Assembly: GCA_030324005.1 (NCBI GenBank)
Contig: JARDVH010000163.1
Span: 120,584,812-120,648,811, forward strand
Source of the DNA: Negaprion brevirostris
Taxonomy: Eukaryota
DNA length: 64,000 nt
Direction: 5' to 3'
Below the pieces are notes generated by a model. The model was not told where the DNA came from. It worked only from the letters and a program-made list of their open reading frames with translations, and did no database searches. The translations under genes were made by a program, and so were the position numbers. Below, one piece after another: positions 27,491 to 40,129 of the stretch (the first letter of the stretch is position 1; every line of letters starts with the position of its first letter).

Positions 27491-28535
27491 ATAAGAACTT
27501 ACACACAGTTTCTGGTCAGAGTGGTTACGTTTCTTGACTTAAATAAGCAAAATAATGATGTAAAATGAATTGAATTTTTTTTATCACAAACATAAAAATT
27601 TAATCAATGCTGTATGTTTGTGCATACACTTGTGTTGAGTAGAGAAATTGGAGAACTTCATGTTTCTTAAGCTGTTTTCTGCTTAGACTGTATTTGGTCA
27701 CCACAGTTGCCTCATAGTACAAATATTGGGGTAACATCATTCATTTGTTACATACTCCTGGCTTTAAATACTTCATTAGTTTAGAAAGATCTTTAATGCA
27801 TCACAAAGTGCCACGTTTGGCCATTTAACAGCTATAAGAAAATTGTGTGGGATTATTTTGAGGGAATGATTGGTGAAAAATTTAATTTGCTCCGCTTGCA
27901 TCAAGTTAAAGTATAAATTGACATTAGTGCCGCAAACACTTGGAACTTACACAGCCATTTGATTTGTTTCTAAAATTTTAGATAACACATTGTTCAGGGT
28001 GTCTTAGCAACAGAAAACTGTATGTAAAACAATAAAACCTGCTCTATACAGTAGTCCATTTTGATATATTGAGCATTGTTGATAGACAAGCCATTGTAAC
28101 CACTGTTATGTTACTACATCAGTTTTGGTGTTTCTCAGTGCACCAGCTAACGGTAGAACACGCACTATCTGTGATGCTGTCTGTGTAAGAGAACTGGACA
28201 AACTCTTCTTGCTCCAAAATTTATATTTAGATTTTCAAAGACTCTTTGTAAATCAGCTATGAAAGTGTGAGAGCTGAAATATGGAGTGCTACAATATGAC
28301 TGTATGCTATTTGTAATTAATGTTGTAGTTGTGTTTGTGGCATTGTTATTTTGCTCAAAAATGCACATTGGCATTAACTTGCACACCTCACTGTACAGTN
28401 NNNNNNNNNTTTATTAAAATATGCATATTCAAAAGAACATGCAATTTTCAAATTCATAGGAATTTTTTGACTTTTAAATAAAATCTTTAATTTATATTAA
28501 TTTAACTTTGTTTTCAATCTCCCTCTCTTTTGCAG

Positions 28536-28643
28536 TTTCCCTCATGTCCATGATCTACACACAACACTGTGGCTGCTGGGCCTCGGTGTGGTCAGGCACT
28601 GTGCTTCGGACTCCGTGATAAACACAACTTGGTGTTGGACGTC
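28536..28643 (+). other. SETD5: SETD5 5'UTR portion of the start-codon exon
   Basis: Polypyrimidine tract and acceptor (ttttcaatctccctctcttttgcag) end at 28535; sequence runs on to the ATG at 28644. Confidence 0.8.
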
Positions 28644-28714
28644 ATGAGCATAGTAATTCCACTGGGAGTTACTACACCAGATACTTCATACTCTGATATG
28701 GCTGCTGGTTCAGA
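28644..28714 (+). CDS. SETD5: SETD5 coding exon 1 ([24 protein letters not shown])
   Basis: Translation matches the SETD5 N-terminus (human [24 protein letters not shown]); 71 nt, phase-2 donor GA|gtgagt. Confidence 0.95.
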
Positions 28715-30329
28715 GTGAGTATTATACAGACATCAGGGGATGCTAGTTTTGGTGGGGTGGGTGGTTTGAAGGGGGTGGTGGGGAAGTTCATTTTTTTGTT
28801 GTGAGTGAAGAGATGAATATTTGCCAATGGGTGCACTTTAAAGCAGTGCCTTCAGGTAGGCCCCCCAGTAGCACTATATTTAAGACCCTGAAGAACATAT
28901 TATGGGACTTTAAACTGGAATATTTCTTTTCATGCAGATTGAAATGTTTTCTGTAACCACCATGATNNNNNNNNNNTTTTACTCGTGTTGTTGTACCATG
29001 TAAATCAAATAATTTGTAATACATATTATTTGATTTCTCTTAACTTCTGCTTTTCCCCATTGACCAACCTTCTCCCCACAGCCCAAAGCAGCCGTTCCTG
29101 CTTAGCTTATGTAGTTACTGTTTATCTGAATATTTACCTATTTAAAGGTATTGAAAGTTGGCAGCTGAATAACACAGCATGCTTTAGGCCCAAGACACGA
29201 CAATAAGTCAACCAGCATATATTAGAAGTAATAGTGCAAACATACAGTATACTATCCAGAACCAACTCTGCTCTCACCAGCCTTCCCTCCTGGCCTCAAC
29301 AACAAGAGCAACTCTGCCTGTTGCAGATGCTGTACTTTGGCATACCCTAATGACAGGAACCTAACCTCTAATATTGCTGTTCAACCAGAACATTTTGTAC
29401 ACTTCAACATCCTATTTCATCCAAGTGGTGCACTCCATTCCCAAGTCTAATTTCCTGCATAGTTGCATAAACCCTTTCCCATGTCCCATTCCTCGTCCAA
29501 CTAATTTACATGCTGACCCATATCTTGGCTTTCTCTTTAATTAAAACAAATGAGATCGACTAGCAAACATTTCTTTACAGCTAAATTGTATGTACAGTAC
29601 CTTTTTATTCACTATAAAGGAAGATTGGCAGTTAGAATCTGAAGTTGTAATGTATTGGTTTGGGGGGGGGAAGCAGTACATAATAATCAGCGAGAGGTTT
29701 CCTTGCCCATGTTTGACCTGATGTCATGAGACTTCCTGAGTCAGTGTTGAGGGCCACTCCCAATGGGCTGCGTACACTGTGCTGTCAGCTCTGCTGGGTC
29801 TGTCCTGCTAGTGGACAGGACACCTCCAAGGTTGGTGATGGTGAGTTCTGGTATGTTATCTCTAAGTTATGATTCCCTGAGTATGACAATGTCAGCCTGT
29901 TGCTTAACCAGTCCATGAGACAGCTCCCTAATATTGGCATAAGCCTCCAGTTGTTAGTGAGGACGACATTACAGGGCCATCAGGGCTAAATTTGCCATTG
30001 TTTCCAGTATCCGATTTGATGGTAAGATGTCCATTCAGTTTCATTCCTTATTGATTTTAGTGGTTTGTTACAACTGAGTGGTATTTAAGAGTCAACCACA
30101 TTGCTCTGAGTCTGGAGTCAGATTTAGGCCAGACCATGTAAGGATGACAGATTTACTTCCCTAAAGGACATTAGTGAACCAAATAGATTACTATGCCAAT
30201 CATTTTTGGATTATTAGGTGAAAATACCACTACGCCACTGCCTCCCCATAGTGATGGAAAGAACAATGTTAGCAAGTGGCATATGCTCAGCAATAACGTG
30301 GTCACTGATGCTCAGTAGGGTGCCGCTAG

Positions 30330-31860
30330 GCCACTCGGCTCCTAACTTCAATACAGCATTGGTTCAAACCTGGAAAAAGAGCTGAACTCTAGAAGTGAGG
30401 CGAAAGTGACTGCTTTTGACATCAANNNNNNNNNNNNNGTGTGGTATCAAGGAACGTGAGTAAAACTGGAATCAATGGGAATTGGGGAAAATTCTCTGCT
30501 GGTTGGAATCATACCAAATGTTTATGGTTGTCGGAAAATGTTTATGGTTGTCAGAGGTTAATCACCTAAGTTCCAGGGCGTTGCTGCAGGAGTTCCTCAG
30601 GGTTGTGTCCGAGGTACAACCATCTGCAGCTGCTTCATCAATGAACTTCCTTCCATCATGAGGTCAGAAGAAGGGAAGTTCGCTGATGATTGCACAATGT
30701 TCAGCACCATTCCTGACTCCTCAGATACTGAAGCAGTCTATTTTCAAATGCAGCAAGCCCTGGGCAGTATCCAGGCTGGGGCTGACAAGTGGCAAGTAAC
30801 ATCCACACCACACAAATGCCAGGCAATCTAAACAAGAGAGAATCGAACCACCGTCCCATGATGTTCAATGACGTTGCCATCGCTGAATCGCCCCCTATCA
30901 ACATACCTTTGACCAGAAACTGAACTGGACTGACCATAGAAATACTGTGACTACAAGAGGAGCTCAGAAGCCAGAAATCTTGCAGCGAGTAATTCATCTC
31001 GAGATTCCACAAAGCCTGTCCACCACCTACAAGGCACAAGTCAGGATGGAATACTCTGCAGTTGCCTGGAAGAGTGCTCCAACAACACTCAAGAAGCTCA
31101 ACACCATCCAGGCAAAGCAGCCTGCTTGATTGGCACCCCTTCCACAAACTTTCACTCCCTTCACCATTGATGCACAGTGGCAGCAGTGTGTACCATCTGC
31201 AAGATGCATGGCAGGAACTTACCAAAGCTCCTGAAACAGCACCTTCCAAACCCATGAACACTACCAACTAAAAGGAAATGGGCAGCAGACACATGGGAAT
31301 ACCACCATCTGGAATTTCCCCTCCAAGCCACTCACCATCCTGACTTGGAAGTATATTGCCATTCTTTCACTATTACTGGGTCAGAATCTTGGAACTCCCT
31401 CCTAACAGTACTGTGAGTGTACCTACACCACATGGACTGCAGGGGTTCAAGAATGCAACTGGACAGTTAACCACGTGGAGGCATAATGGTTAGCACTGCT
31501 GCCTCACAGCACCAGGGACCTGGGTTCAGTTCCTGGCTTGGGTCACTGTCTGTGCAGAGTCTGCACGCTCTCCCCATGTGGGTTTCCTCCGTGTGCTCCG
31601 GTTTCCTCCCAAGTCCGAAAGACGTGCTGGTTAGGTGGATTAGCAATGCTAAGTTCTCCCTCAGTGTACCTAAACAGTCACCGGAGTACAGCAACCACAG
31701 GATTTTCACAGTAACTTCATTGCAATATTAATGTAAACCCGCTTGTGACACGAATAAATAAACCTTAAATACCACCTTCTCTAGGGGAATTAGGGATGGG
31801 CAATAAATGCTGACCCAGCAAGTAATGTCCACACCATGAATGGTTAAAAGGAAAAGTAAT
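30330..31860 (+). mobile_element. Decayed CR1/L2-clade LINE (RT to 3' end)
   Basis: GVPQG (ggagttcctcagggt), FADD (ttcgctgatgat) and YKAQVR-MEY motifs; related pieces at 10290-11020, 29690-30050 (-), 13740-13870 and 58400-58650. Confidence 0.8.
31480..31770 (+). mobile_element. V-SINE (alternative tail) nested in a LINE 3' end
   Basis: Head, core and tail as at 4055; it interrupts the LINE tail gttcaagaa...caccttctc. Confidence 0.8.
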
Positions 31861-32179
31861 ATAACTGTTCAAAACTAGATGCTATGCTTAAACCTATGAA
31901 AAAACATCTGTACATCTGAACCGTTCCCTCATCTTTCATCTTTTATATTCAACTTTTGTGTGAACAGAAGGTTTTTGAACACACATTCTTTCCCTCAAAA
32001 ATTATAGGTTGCTTAAGAAATTAATGCATTTTTCCCTGTGCAACCTGAATCTGAAAATAACCCAACTGTTGAGATGTAAAGATGCTAGCTGTAAAGGTCC
32101 TTCCTGATGGGAAGCAGTAACGACCACCAGCAAAAGGTTTGAATTGCATAAAAAGGTTCGCAGCTTGTCAACAATAATC

Positions 32180-32480
32180 AGCATTGCTGCCTCACAGAGT
32201 CAGGGACCCGGGTTCAATTCTGTCCTCTGGTGACTGTCTGTGTGGAGTTTACATGTTCTCCCCATGTCTGCTTGGGTTTCCTTCAGATGCTCTGGTTTCC
32301 TCCTACAGTCTGAAGATGTGTGGGTTAGGTTGATTGGCCATGCTAAATTGCCCCTTGGTGTCAGAGGATTATCAGGGTAAATATGTGGAGTTACGTGAAA
32401 AGGGCCTGGTTGGGATTGTTGTGGGTGCGGGCTGGATGGGCGAAATGGTCTCCTGCACTCTAGGGATTCTGTGATTCGTA
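32180..32480 (+). mobile_element. HE1-like V-SINE
   Basis: Head, core and HE1-type tail are present. Confidence 0.8.
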
Positions 32481-32959
32481 TCTTGGAAAAACTCTCCCAC
32501 CGAGCAGAACCAAAATAAAAATTCTCATCACCTGATCAACTATTTTGAATTTCCTCCAAGTAGAAAATGAAAACTTGGCTGTTGATCACCTTGTATTAAA
32601 ACAATTTGGTATGGCTGTTTTAGGTGGGAGAGAATATTGCTATATTTACAATAACTGAAGTCTGTGTTTCTTCTCAGCTTAATTTTCCCCCCAATGATCC
32701 TAACTAAACCCTGTTTAGTAAATACAAACAGCGCTCAGATATTGGTGGGTATGGCACATCCTTTTGTATTCACTGTGGCAAACTCTGTACCTGAAGTAAT
32801 ATGATCATTTTATCTCCAATTATTATTGGTTGTATTCAAATGTATTGTCAAGTGCTTCAAAGAAAGGAGTGGCTGTTCTCACTGCAAAGTAAATATGCCA
32901 GGATCTTGTTTAATTTTGGGGGAAATAGTTTTAACTTGAATCAGTACTAAAGATACACA

Positions 32960-33195
32960 AGTCTGAGCTCACATACCAACCAACTCAAGAACAGCTCCTT
33001 CCCTGCTGCTGTTTTGAACGGACTTACCTTGCATTAAGTTGATTTTTCTCTACACACTAGCTATGACTGTCACACTACATTCTGCACTCTCTCGTTTCCT
33101 TCTGTATGAATGGTGTGTTTTGTCTGCGTAGCATGCAAGAAACAATAGTTTTCACTGTATGTTAATACATGTGACAATAATAAATCAAATCAAAA
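32960..33195 (+). mobile_element. Rex1/Babar-like LINE 3' end
   Basis: Same 3'UTR as the other copies, ending aataaatcaaatcaaa. Confidence 0.7.
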
Positions 33196-35914
33196 AGTTT
33201 AGATCAATTTGCTTTTAATCAGGAACTTGGACTAAGTTGGTATAAGGTGATCTGGTGTNNNNNNNNNNNNNNNNNNNNNNNNNNNNNNNNNNNNNNNNNN
33301 NNNNNNNNNNNNNNNNNNNNNNNNNNNNNNNNNNNNNNNNNNNNNNNNNNNNNNNNNNNNNNNNNNNNNNNNNNNNNNNNNNNNNNNNNNNNNNNNNNNN
33401 NNNNNNNNNNNNNNNNNNNNNNNNNNNNNNNNNNNNNNNNNNNNNNNNNNNNNNNNNNNNNNNNNNNNNNNNNNNNNNNNNNNNNNNNNNNNNNNNNNNN
33501 NNNNNNNNNNNNNNNNNNNNNNNNNNNNNNNNNNNNNNNNNNNNNNNNNNNNNNNNNNNNNNNNNNNNNNNNNNNNNNNNNNNNNNNNNNNNNNNNNNNN
33601 NNNNNNNNNNNNNNNNNNNNNNNNNNNNNNNNNNNNNNNNNNNNNNNNNNNNNNNNNNNNNNNNNNNNNNNNNNNNNNNNNNNNNNNNNNNNNNNNNNNN
33701 NNNNNNNNNNNNNNNNNNNNNNNNNNNNNNNNNNNNNNNNNNNNNNNNNNNNNNNNNNNNNNNNNNNNNNNNNNNNNNNNNNNNNNNNNNNNNNNNNNNN
33801 NNNNNNNNNNNNNNNNNNNNNNNNNNNNNNNNNNNNNNNNNNNNNNNNNNNNNNNNNNNNNNNNNNNNNNNNNNNNNNNNNNNNNNNNNNNNNNNNNNNN
33901 NNNNNNNNNNNNNNNNNNNNNNNNNNNNNNNNNNNNNNNNNNNNNNNNNNNNNNNNNNNNNNNNNNNNNNNNNNNNNNNNNNNNNNNNNNNNNNNNNNNN
34001 NNNNNNNNNNNNNNNNNNNNNNGATCAGCCATGATCTTATTGAATGGCGGGGCAGGCTCGAAGGGCTGGATGGCCTACTCCTGATCCTATTTCTTATGTG
34101 GCTTATGTGGCTTAAGTTTATACGTTTCAATGAGATTCACCCCCTGCCCTCTCATTCTTCTAAATTCCAATGAATACAGGCTTAGTCGACTGAAATCTCT
34201 CCTCATTCAACAATTCTGCCATCTCAGGAAAGTCTGGTGAACCTTCACTGCACTGCCTCTAGGTAAGGAGTTCAAAACTGCAGAGTACTCCAGGTGTGGT
34301 TTCTCCAAGACCTTGTATGGTTGCAGTAAGACATCCTTGCCTCTGTACTCAAATCCTCTTGCGATGTTTTTCAGATAATCATCCAATTCCCTCTTGAATG
34401 TCTCATTGAATTTGTCTCTACCATACTCCCAGGCAGTGCATTCCAGATGCTAACCACACACTGTGTGAAAATGGTTTTCCTCATGTTCCCATTGCTTCTT
34501 TTGTCAATTTCCTTAAATCTGCAATCTTAACTCTTGTATACAAATATCTGCATTTTTGTTTGAAAGAAGAATGCCATATTTTTGCATGGGGCTGATGGGA
34601 TAGAATTTACAAGAATATTTACTTTGTGTTGGTATGTCTCTTGCGTAAGTAGACCCTGTGACAATGTACATGAAACAATAGGAGGCAAGTTTGCAACATT
34701 TATTTGAACTGCTAATTATTGCTCCCTTTTGATGGTGCTCCTCAGTCTGCTTTGAGGCATGCTATACAGTAGGTATATGAGAGGGGCTATTACCAGGTCA
34801 GAAACTGTGCTATTGTAGAACAATACGTTGAATTGTGCTCGAGTTCAGCTTTAGGGACCTGTCGTCTTTTCTGTATTCACCTGCCTGAGTCCTAAAAGCA
34901 CTCTGGGGACAATTGCAATTCTTGAGGAAATCTTGTGAGAGGGAGAAACATAAGATTAGGATCAGCTCAGACAACAGCCTGGAGTGGGAGAGGAAGACTG
35001 GGGGAGGGTGGGGAAGGTGAGGGGGGTGGTGCCTGCTTGTTGTTTCATTTTAGAAAATCAGCTAATGTGCATTAGTCAGGCTGAGTAATAGCTTTGGACT
35101 CCAGGAATTGACGCAAGAGAATTTTGGCTGTTAATTCCATCTGATTAATTATGCCAGGCTTGGGTCTTGTCCATTAATTCCCTGCCACAGGGGAATCTAC
35201 CATTTCTTTGTTGATGACAACAAACCTCATTTAAATATCAGTATCTGCGTGGCTGTAATAATTAAATGCTGGGCACTTGATGGACTGTTGTACATCTGCG
35301 CAGGTTAGATAGAACAGTGCCTGAGACTCTTCTAAACATTGGAGAGCACAAGCTCAACTTATTCAGGCTCCCCTCATAAGGCAGTTCTCTCATCCAGCAG
35401 CTAATCTAGTGAAGTTTTGCTGTACTGCTTCCAATAACTCCATGAATCCTTATCTTCTATATTAACCTTTTGTGTGGCACTATATTGAAANNNNNNNNNN
35501 NNNNNNNNNNNNNNNNNNNNNNNNTTCCCCTTTATCTATTCTGCTGGCCGCATCCTCAAAAATCAAATAAAGTTGTCAGATACGATTTCTCTTCATAAAC
35601 TCCAGGTTTATTGTCTGATCATAATATGATTTCCTAAGTGCATTGGTTAAGATTCATTAATAGATTCCAGTAATTTTGTAACAATTTGATGTCAGTTCTA
35701 TAATTTCAACTTTTTTATTTTTCTTTTCTTGAATAGCAGTCTGACATTTGCTAACTTCCTATTTATTGAGATTGTTCTAAAATCTAGGGAATTTTGGAAA
35801 CCATAACCAGTGCATCCACTATCTATCTCTGCAGCTACCTCTTTTGAAATCCTAGGATGTATGCCATGAGGCATTGGGGATTTGTTGGCATTTTAATTTC
35901 TTAAGCTTCTTATA

Positions 35915-36225
35915 GAATTTCTACAGTGCAGAAGGAAGCCATTTGGCCTATCAACCTTGCACCGACAACAATCCCACCCAGACTCTACCTCCATAATCCC
36001 ATATACTTACCCTGCTAATCCCTTTAATAGTAAGGGTCAATTTAATATGACCAATCAACCTAACCCACACACTTTTGGAGTGTGGGAGGAAACCGGAGCA
36101 CACCGAGGAAACCCGTGCAGGCATGGAGAGAATGTGCAGACTCCACACAGGCCCAAGCCGGGAATTGAACCCGAGACAGTGGCGCTGTGAGGCCGTAGTG
36201 CTTACCACTGTGCTGTCATGCTGCC
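35915..36225 (-). mobile_element. HE1-like V-SINE
   Basis: Reverse copy of the same family. Confidence 0.8.
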
Positions 36226-36520
36226 AATGTTTGTATCACACAGTTTCACTTTTTAAACCAGTATCACTGCCNNNNNNNNNNTGCCCCAGACTTCAGAACA
36301 CTCTGTGAAATAGAGCTATCTCTCACACAAAGACCAATGCTTCGTCCTGGGACCCCAAATGCAAGATGACAATAAAATATTTGAGAGTCTTGAATGAAAG
36401 GTCTTTCGTCATTTTGTAAGAGTGTAAATTCTGAATTGGCAGTCGACAAGCTTTAACTGTGTAGTAAGGTGCAGCATAAATGGAAGGTCTTCCTGTTGAC
36501 TTTTATTTTTGCTCCAACAG

Positions 36521-36647
36521 AAGATTTTCAGTTTTGGGACATTGACGATAATGGTGGGGATGAATGGAAAGTAGAAACCCTCCCAGGAGACCACGGACAA
36601 AATTTTCCTGACAAAACTGTAAAGAAGTACTTTGTCACATCTTATGG
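36521..36647 (+). pseudogene. Orphan FBA (sugar-binding) domain exon of an FBXO6/FBXO44/FBXO2-family gene
   Basis: Acceptor ttgacttttatttttgctccaacag, donor GG|gtaagg; 127 nt reading EDFQFWDIDDNGGDEWKVETLPGDHGQNFPDKTVKKYFVTSYG, versus FBXO6 EDMFAWQIDFNGGDRWKVESLPGAHGTDFPDPKVKKYFVTSY. No other FBXO exons were seen. Confidence 0.85.
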
Positions 36648-37914
36648 GTAAGGATTCGATTGTACTGTGCTGCGCTAAGCTTGTTCTAACTTCTCCCTTC
36701 CAATCACCAGTCAGAACATCATGAGATTGCCACTGCCTTAGGAAGCTCATGTCAAATGTTTCTTCATCTCTGGATATTAACTGGTCTGATTGTATGCCCT
36801 GCCTCCCTCCCTTTGCGCCCTTCTGGAATACGTTCAGTGACTTGGCCTCCTCCACAGCCTCCTGTGGTAGAGAATTCCATAGGTTCACCAGTCTCTGAGT
36901 GAAGAAATTTCTCCTCACCTAAGTTTTAAATAGACTACCAATATCCTGAGACTGTGACNNNNNNNNNNNNNNNNNNNNNNNNNNNNNNNNNNNNNNNNNN
37001 NNNNNNNNNNNNNNNNNNNNNNNNNNNNNNNNNNNNNNNNNNNNNNNNNNNNNNNNNNCCCATGACAGTGTCTTCTGCCTGCTTCGAAGTTACCAGTGTT
37101 ACTTTGGCTATGTTTTTCCTTTTTATCTGCTTCGGAAAACAGATTGTAAAAGTTTTTCCATTCTTGACTAGATTATCCTGTTACACCTTTTCCCTTTTAA
37201 TGGACATTTTGGTGACCCTTTGCTGGTTTCTAAAACTTTTCAATCATTAAACTTACAACTCATCAGGTCTATACCTGGCTTCTTCGGTGCTAATCAGTCA
37301 CACCCATTCCTTTGCTCTATCCCAGTAGCACTGCAAGTTATTTTTCTTCAGTTGCTTACTTTGCAATTTATTCTGCGCAACATTGTGAGCCTCTTTCATG
37401 ATGATCTTTTGTTCTTTTAATGGAATGTATTTTTGTTGAACATTTTGGATCATTTCTTCAAATATTTCCCACTGTTTACTTATCTCCATATCTTTTAGTT
37501 TACTCAATCAGCCTTAACCAGCTCTCGCCTTATATATGCAAGTGGCCTTTTCGAAATTTAAGATACTTGTTTTTGACTGTAATGTGCCTCTTTCAAACTT
37601 AATATTGAATTCAGTTATATGAAGAACCTCAATGTTTTGTTTGCTTTTATGTTCTTACTTTCAAAGAATTATGTAACCTTAATTCTCCTGCCAAAATGCT
37701 CTACCAGGCACCAATCAATATTGAAATTTGTTTCCCATCTTCATGCTTATTCTGCAAGATTATTAACACTTTATTATAATTTATTGTAATCTTCATCGGT
37801 TCCAATTTGGTGTTTGTTGTAAATTTTGAAATTATACCTGTCTCTCGAGTCCAAATCACTTTTGCAAATGACAAACAATATTAGCCCTAATATTGATACT
37901 TTGTAACACCACCA

Positions 37915-38555
37915 CGATGATGGTCAAGAGCTTCAAGTTCCTAGGTGTTCAGATCACCAACAACCTGTCCTGATCCCTGTATGCCGACACTGTAGTTAAG
38001 AAAGTCCACCAATGTCTGTACTTTCTCAGAAGGCTAAGGAAATTCAGCATGTCCACTACGACTCTCACCAATTTTTACAGATGCACCATCGAAAACATCC
38101 TTTCCAGATGTATCACAACTTGGTATGGCTCCTGCTCTGACCCAAGACCGCAAGAAACTACGAAGGATTGTGAACGTAGCCCAGTCCATCACGCAAAGCA
38201 GCCTTCCATCTATTGACTCCTGCTGCCAGGGGAAAGGAGCCAGCATAATCAAGGAGCCCATGCACCCCGGGCATACTCTCTTCTTCCTTCTGTCAGAAAA
38301 AGATTCAAAAGCCTGAAAACACGTACCAGCCGACTTGAACAAATTCTCCCCTGCTGCCACCAGACTTCTGAATGGTCCTGTCATATATTAAGCTGATCTT
38401 TCTCTTTACTACTGTATCTGTGATACTATACTGCAACTTATCATTTCCTTCTCCCCTATGTACTCTGGATGGTATGTTTTGTCTCTACAGCATGCAGGAA
38501 ACAATATTTTTCAATCTATCCCAATGCATGTGACAATAAATAAAACTGAATCAAA
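37915..38555 (+). mobile_element. Rex1/Babar-like LINE 3' fragment
   Basis: Reverse complement of the 15190-15850 region; FKFLGVQITNNLS motif. Confidence 0.8.
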
Positions 38556-38959
38556 TTCCACCTTTGCCCATCCTGATTAACCATCTGTAATCTCAACTCT
38601 TTTTTGCTACTTATTCCCTGGCTCCGTGTGCTCTGAACATAGTCATGAATCTGCTAGGCAATATCTTAGTGAAGAACTTTTGGAAATAAGCCCTAATTGA
38701 AGGCCTCTTGAAGATCCAAGTATATTGCATGTACTATTTACTATTTGCTCTTTCTGATATTACCTCATAGTTTCAATAAAATTGGTCTTGTATGATTTTA
38801 CCTTTTAAAATCTGTTCTCATGTCTTATATATTGTAATTTTAAAATTGACTGGTAAGGCAGCAATCATTATTGACCAATGAAAAGCCTATGCATTTTTGT
38901 ATTTAGTCATTCAAGGGATGTGGGCATCACTGGCTAGGTCAGTATGTGTCTGAGCACTA

Positions 38960-39674
38960 GTGCCCCAGAGGCTTAGCCTTTCATGCCAGTTCACTGCTGA
39001 CAGCCGTTGTCTCCTGGATCAAGATCTTCCCAGTGGGACAGGTGAGCATGCATTGCCAATATGCCTCTCATTGGATGGCCATCTTCCAATTTTTTGCCTC
39101 TCCCTCAAGTTGTGTGTCCCCTTTTTCTGCAAGGAAAGTCATGAATGCAAGTGAGAAGAGCAGTATTTGTGGATGGTGGTGGTGAGGAATGAGTATGCCA
39201 TAGCACAAGATGAAAGTGAGGATTGGCTGTCAAGATGACTGTAGATGTTTCTAGGAAGAATGGAATGAGTACAGTTGCATGGTGTGTAGTTCTGAGGAGT
39301 GTCAGGAGAATGCTGAGCAAGTCCGAGGGGGATCGGGCACCTGTAAGTGTTATGCTACTCACCATTCCCACTTCCCTGAGGTCCTTGATCCACTTGTGCA
39401 CTTGTTTGCAGGCTGGAGGGTCTATACTCCTGCTAATTTCCTTGGCCTCTTCATGCACATTTACTCGATTTGAGAGGGTTGTGACTTCCTGCCATCCTTG
39501 GGGGAATATAAGCTCACTTCAGTCTTTCAGATCCTCCAGCAGGACCTCCAGAGATGAATGAGGTTCCCAGGGAGATCGGGAGCATGGGGATAGCCTTTCC
39601 AGTAACCCCTCCCTGTGGTTCCTGCAACCTTGGGAATCCATATACAGTTCCGCCATTCTGGACTTTTCAATGGG
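38960..39674 (-). mobile_element. Decayed PIF/Harbinger-like element with a Myb/SANT-like ORF remnant
   Basis: Minus strand reads SSLEVLLEDLKD*SELIFPKDGRK...EEAKEIS...ACKQVHKWIKDLRE across frameshifts, followed by a gtgagt donor. Confidence 0.5.
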
Positions 39675-40129
39675 NNNNNNNNNNNNNNNNNNNNNNNNNN
39701 NNNNNNNNNNNNNNNNNNNNNNNNNNNNNNNNNNNNNNNNNNNNNNNNNNNNNNNNNNNNNNNNNNNNNNNNNNNNNNNNNNNNNNNNNNNNNNNNNNNN
39801 NNNNNNNNNNNNNNNNNNNNNNNNNNNNNNNNNNNNNNNNNNNNNNNNNNNNNNNNNNNNNNNNNNNNNNNNNNNNNNNNNNNNNNNNNNNNNNNNCTTT
39901 GGACTGTGGAGGAGAAACCAAAGCACCCGGAGGAAACCCACACAGACACGAGGAGAATGTGCAAACTCCACACAGTCACCCAAAGCCAGAATTGAAACTG
40001 GGTCCCTGGCGCTGCGAGACAGCAATGCTAACCACTGTGCCATCCATTAACTAAGCATTATGTTATTATAAATTATAAACAGAGTTGAAGGAAAACGATT
40101 ATTCACTATTTCTTCACGTACATCCTTGC

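Noticed and set aside
1-28535. Promoter or CpG island for SETD5
   Set aside because: No CpG-rich segment is visible; the transcription start is probably upstream of the window.
36711-36810. Acceptor-like site (ctaac...caccag) just after the FBXO-like exon, as a possible next FBXO exon
   Set aside because: The continuing frame (QNIMRLPLP*) does not resemble the next FBA exon (C-KSQ-VDL...GY) and stops quickly.
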